Below, piece after piece: positions 62,120 to 64,000 of a DNA stretch of 64,000 bases (the stretch's first letter is position 1; the number at the start of each line of letters is the position of its first letter). The notes under the pieces were generated by a model that was given only the letters and a program-made list of their open reading frames with translations, was not told the origin of the DNA and searched no databases. The stretch is from a virus (Duplodnaviria > Heunggongvirae > Uroviricota > Caudoviricetes): the IMG/VR virus record IMGVR_UViG_3300031993_004551, positions 1 through 64,000 of that record; one strand, 5' to 3'. The position numbers and the translations under genes are program-made.

Positions 62120-64000
62120 TTGAAAAACCGTTGTCAAAAATCTAACAAAACCTACCAGTAGTAGATAATTGCTGATTTTCTATAGCTTGCTTGAACAAGC
62201 CATCGCAACGGCATTTTTCCAGACACTTCTTCACCTTCCACCTAGTAAGGAGTCCTTTCGGAATGAAGTACCTGTATTCGCTATCCCCTGCTCTTATGAG
62301 CAGGTTCCCTCTTAACACGGTCGAGGTAAGGCGAAATTTAATGTTCTCGGCCGAATGGATGTCGGCATTCTCGGAATGTCCGCATTCCACGCAGCAAAAT
62401 TCTTCTTGGGTCTGTCGGTTGCGGTCGTCGATGCAACCGCACTCACCGCACATCTTGGATGTATATTCGGGCTGTACAAGCGATACTAGCAAGCCGTACT
62501 TGGGTGCAATATGTATGAACTCGTCCTTCAACGAAGATAGTCCAGTCCGCAGATGCAACCTACCTAGATTAAATCCTTTTGAGTCATTAGCATGGAGTTT
62601 GCTCCCTTTGAAGCCGTCGAGGTTCTCCATTGCGATGTGCTTGAGTCCCTTAGCAGCAAAGGCTTGACAGAGCAGTACAATGGCTCGCTTGTTGGACTCG
62701 TTCAGCTTTAAGGTGATTGATTCAATGCGAGCTTTGTCCTTCTTGGATATCTTGAACGCATCGTGTTCCTCGCCTTCCTTAAACTTGGTATTGTAATTCT
62801 TCTGCTTCTGGTCTATATTGAGTAGTTCGGTTTCTAGGTCAGCTATCAGAGCATCGTCATTCGGCATGAACTCGCCGTTGCTCAATGCAAACATATTGTG
62901 CTTGGAATTGACATCTATACCGAGGGTATTTTCTTCGGTAATTTCCTCATTATTCTTGTATCGGTATCCGTCCCTAGCAAGAACAAAATGGATGTCCTTA
63001 CCACGGATAACTATTGTATAGGAAGTATCGGTTCCGTTGCAGTAACGGTTCAATGAACGGTGGTATGCCTTGTTATACTTGAACGGAATACATAGTGTGT
63101 TCTTACTATCGCCACGGTAGCCTTTGTCGTACCAATCCCAAGAAATTTCAATATAGTAGTCGAACTTTCCGGTCTCGTTCCTTCTGGCATCTACGATAGG
63201 ACGCTTGATGCGACTTCTGCCACTGAACGTAAGCGATTCGAAGGTAATCTTGCCTCGTTTCTCGTATTCAGAAAATACGGCAGACCGTCTTGATAGAGCC
63301 AACCGCATAAGGCGGTCAAACCCGAACTTCCTAATCTTATCCAATATGGTGCGGTAGAATTTCTGCTTTGTTGCATCAACCGTAGGAATTACTGATTCCA
63401 GCCAGTAGACAGTTTCATCCTTACCGTATCGTGCAAGCCAAGTCAGCACTTTGGTAAGTTCTGTCTTCTTTGTGCGAACTTCAACAGATTTAAGGTCACC
63501 TTTCTTGTGTCCCTTGACATTTATCTTGTAGAAAAATGGTACTAATTCATCAACCTTGACGAACTCAATCTTCCGGCGGATTGCATCGAACCGGAGCTGA
63601 TAGGCTCGCCATACATCCTCAATGGTCTTCTTCAAATAGTGACTAGACAGACGTGTATTGAATGTAGGGTTGAAGAAATTGAAAGCATCAAACTTGCTCA
63701 TATCTTGGAAACCGAGCATATCCGAGAAGAACACTTCGGATATGTCGTTTCTTACTGCACGGATTTCCTCAGCACGGTGGATGATTTCGGCTCGCTTCGT
63801 GTCGGACAAAAACATAGGATAGAACGCAGCCGAAAACTGCGATTCAAACCTATCTTTCAATGTCCAACAGTGCTTGCTCATATAAACAGAAATGGCTCGT
63901 AAGGAACTTATTGTGAGATTCAATTCCAAACGAGCCATCATAAATGGCTTCTACCTAGCCCAATGAAGAATCTCACTAATTCATTGAACCTCGATACATC
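62105..64000 (-). mobile_element. IS200/IS605-family element with long tnpB (extends past the window end)
   Basis: tnpB ORF 62142-63941. Only 59 bp of 5' flank lies in the window. Confidence 0.4.
62142..63941 (-). CDS. tnpB: TnpB-like protein, long form (599 aa)
   Basis: RuvC-I LGIDVNSKHN. Zn finger CGECGCIDDRNRQTQEEFCCVECGH plus ADIHSAENIKF (RuvC-III). About 200 aa longer at the N-terminus than the other copies. Confidence 0.78.
   Translation of the reverse strand: MMARLELNLTISSLRAISVYMSKHCWTLKDRFESQFSAAFYPMFLSDTKRAEIIHRAEEIRAVRNDISEVFFSDMLGFQDMSKFDAFNFFNPTFNTRLSSHYLKKTIEDVWRAYQLRFDAIRRKIEFVKVDELVPFFYKINVKGHKKGDLKSVEVRTKKTELTKVLTWLARYGKDETVYWLESVIPTVDATKQKFYRTILDKIRKFGFDRLMRLALSRRSAVFSEYEKRGKITFESLTFSGRSRIKRPIVDARRNETGKFDYYIEISWDWYDKGYRGDSKNTLCIPFKYNKAYHRSLNRYCNGTDTSYTIVIRGKDIHFVLARDGYRYKNNEEITEENTLGIDVNSKHNMFALSNGEFMPNDDALIADLETELLNIDQKQKNYNTKFKEGEEHDAFKISKKDKARIESITLKLNESNKRAIVLLCQAFAAKGLKHIAMENLDGFKGSKLHANDSKGFNLGRLHLRTGLSSLKDEFIHIAPKYGLLVSLVQPEYTSKMCGECGCIDDRNRQTQEEFCCVECGHSENADIHSAENIKFRLTSTVLRGNLLIRAGDSEYRYFIPKGLLTRWKVKKCLEKCRCDGLFKQAIENQQLSTTGRFC

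Noticed and set aside
1-64000. Eukaryotic giant virus (NCLDV) origin, suggested by multiple TnpB/Fanzor-like genes and many metabolic enzymes.
   Set aside because: There are no introns. A T4 gp17-type terminase, T4 Rnl1, Dda, PhoH and a ClpP-family protease are present. IF3 is a bacterial-type factor. The promoter motif fits a bacterial (Bacteroidota-like) sigma -7 box, and rho-independent terminators are present.

Overview
Gene-dense window (about 90% coding, both strands, no introns) that reads as part of a large tailed-phage genome rather than a cellular chromosome or a eukaryotic giant virus. Phage hallmarks: a T4 gp17-like large terminase (318-1655), a ClpP-family protease (57575-58141), PhoH (60025-61152), a Dda/RecD-like helicase (54524-55930) and a T4 Rnl1-like RNA ligase (37473-38699). 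A bacterial-type translation initiation factor IF3 (51552-52241) and a recurrent intergenic motif TTTTTGCTATATTTG point to a bacterial, possibly Bacteroidota, host. The motif occurs at 16 or more sites, always oriented toward the downstream gene, and contains the Bacteroidetes -7 box TAnnTTTG. Accessory content is rich. (1) A contiguous 9-kb NAD+/ADP-ribose island (28385-37492) encodes the full four-step nicotinamide-to-NAD+ route: PncA, PncB, an NMNAT-Nudix fusion and NadE. It also carries NADAR, a macro domain, a CpdA-like phosphodiesterase, a thymidylate kinase-like protein and two unknown ORFs, one translationally coupled to pncB. This looks like a candidate, not previously characterised, NAD+-reconstitution and ADP-ribosylation-reversal counter-defence module. 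(2) A distributed RNA end-healing and sealing toolkit: Rnl1, a second DraRnl-like ligase with an N-terminal OB domain, a Thg1-like 3'-5' nucleotidyltransferase, a CX5R phosphatase, lambda-phosphatase-like esterases and a Pol-beta nucleotidyltransferase. (3) Four mutually divergent IS200/IS605 tnpB-only elements, plus an AT-rich IscB (PLMP-RuvC-HNH) element with an about 600-bp upstream omega-RNA region that looks recently acquired. (4) Glycan genes: UDP-galactopyranose mutase, a beta-helix protein and glycosyltransferases. About half of the ORFs have no recognisable function. The many long ORFs antisense to real genes are artefacts of GC-rich coding and are listed as rejected.
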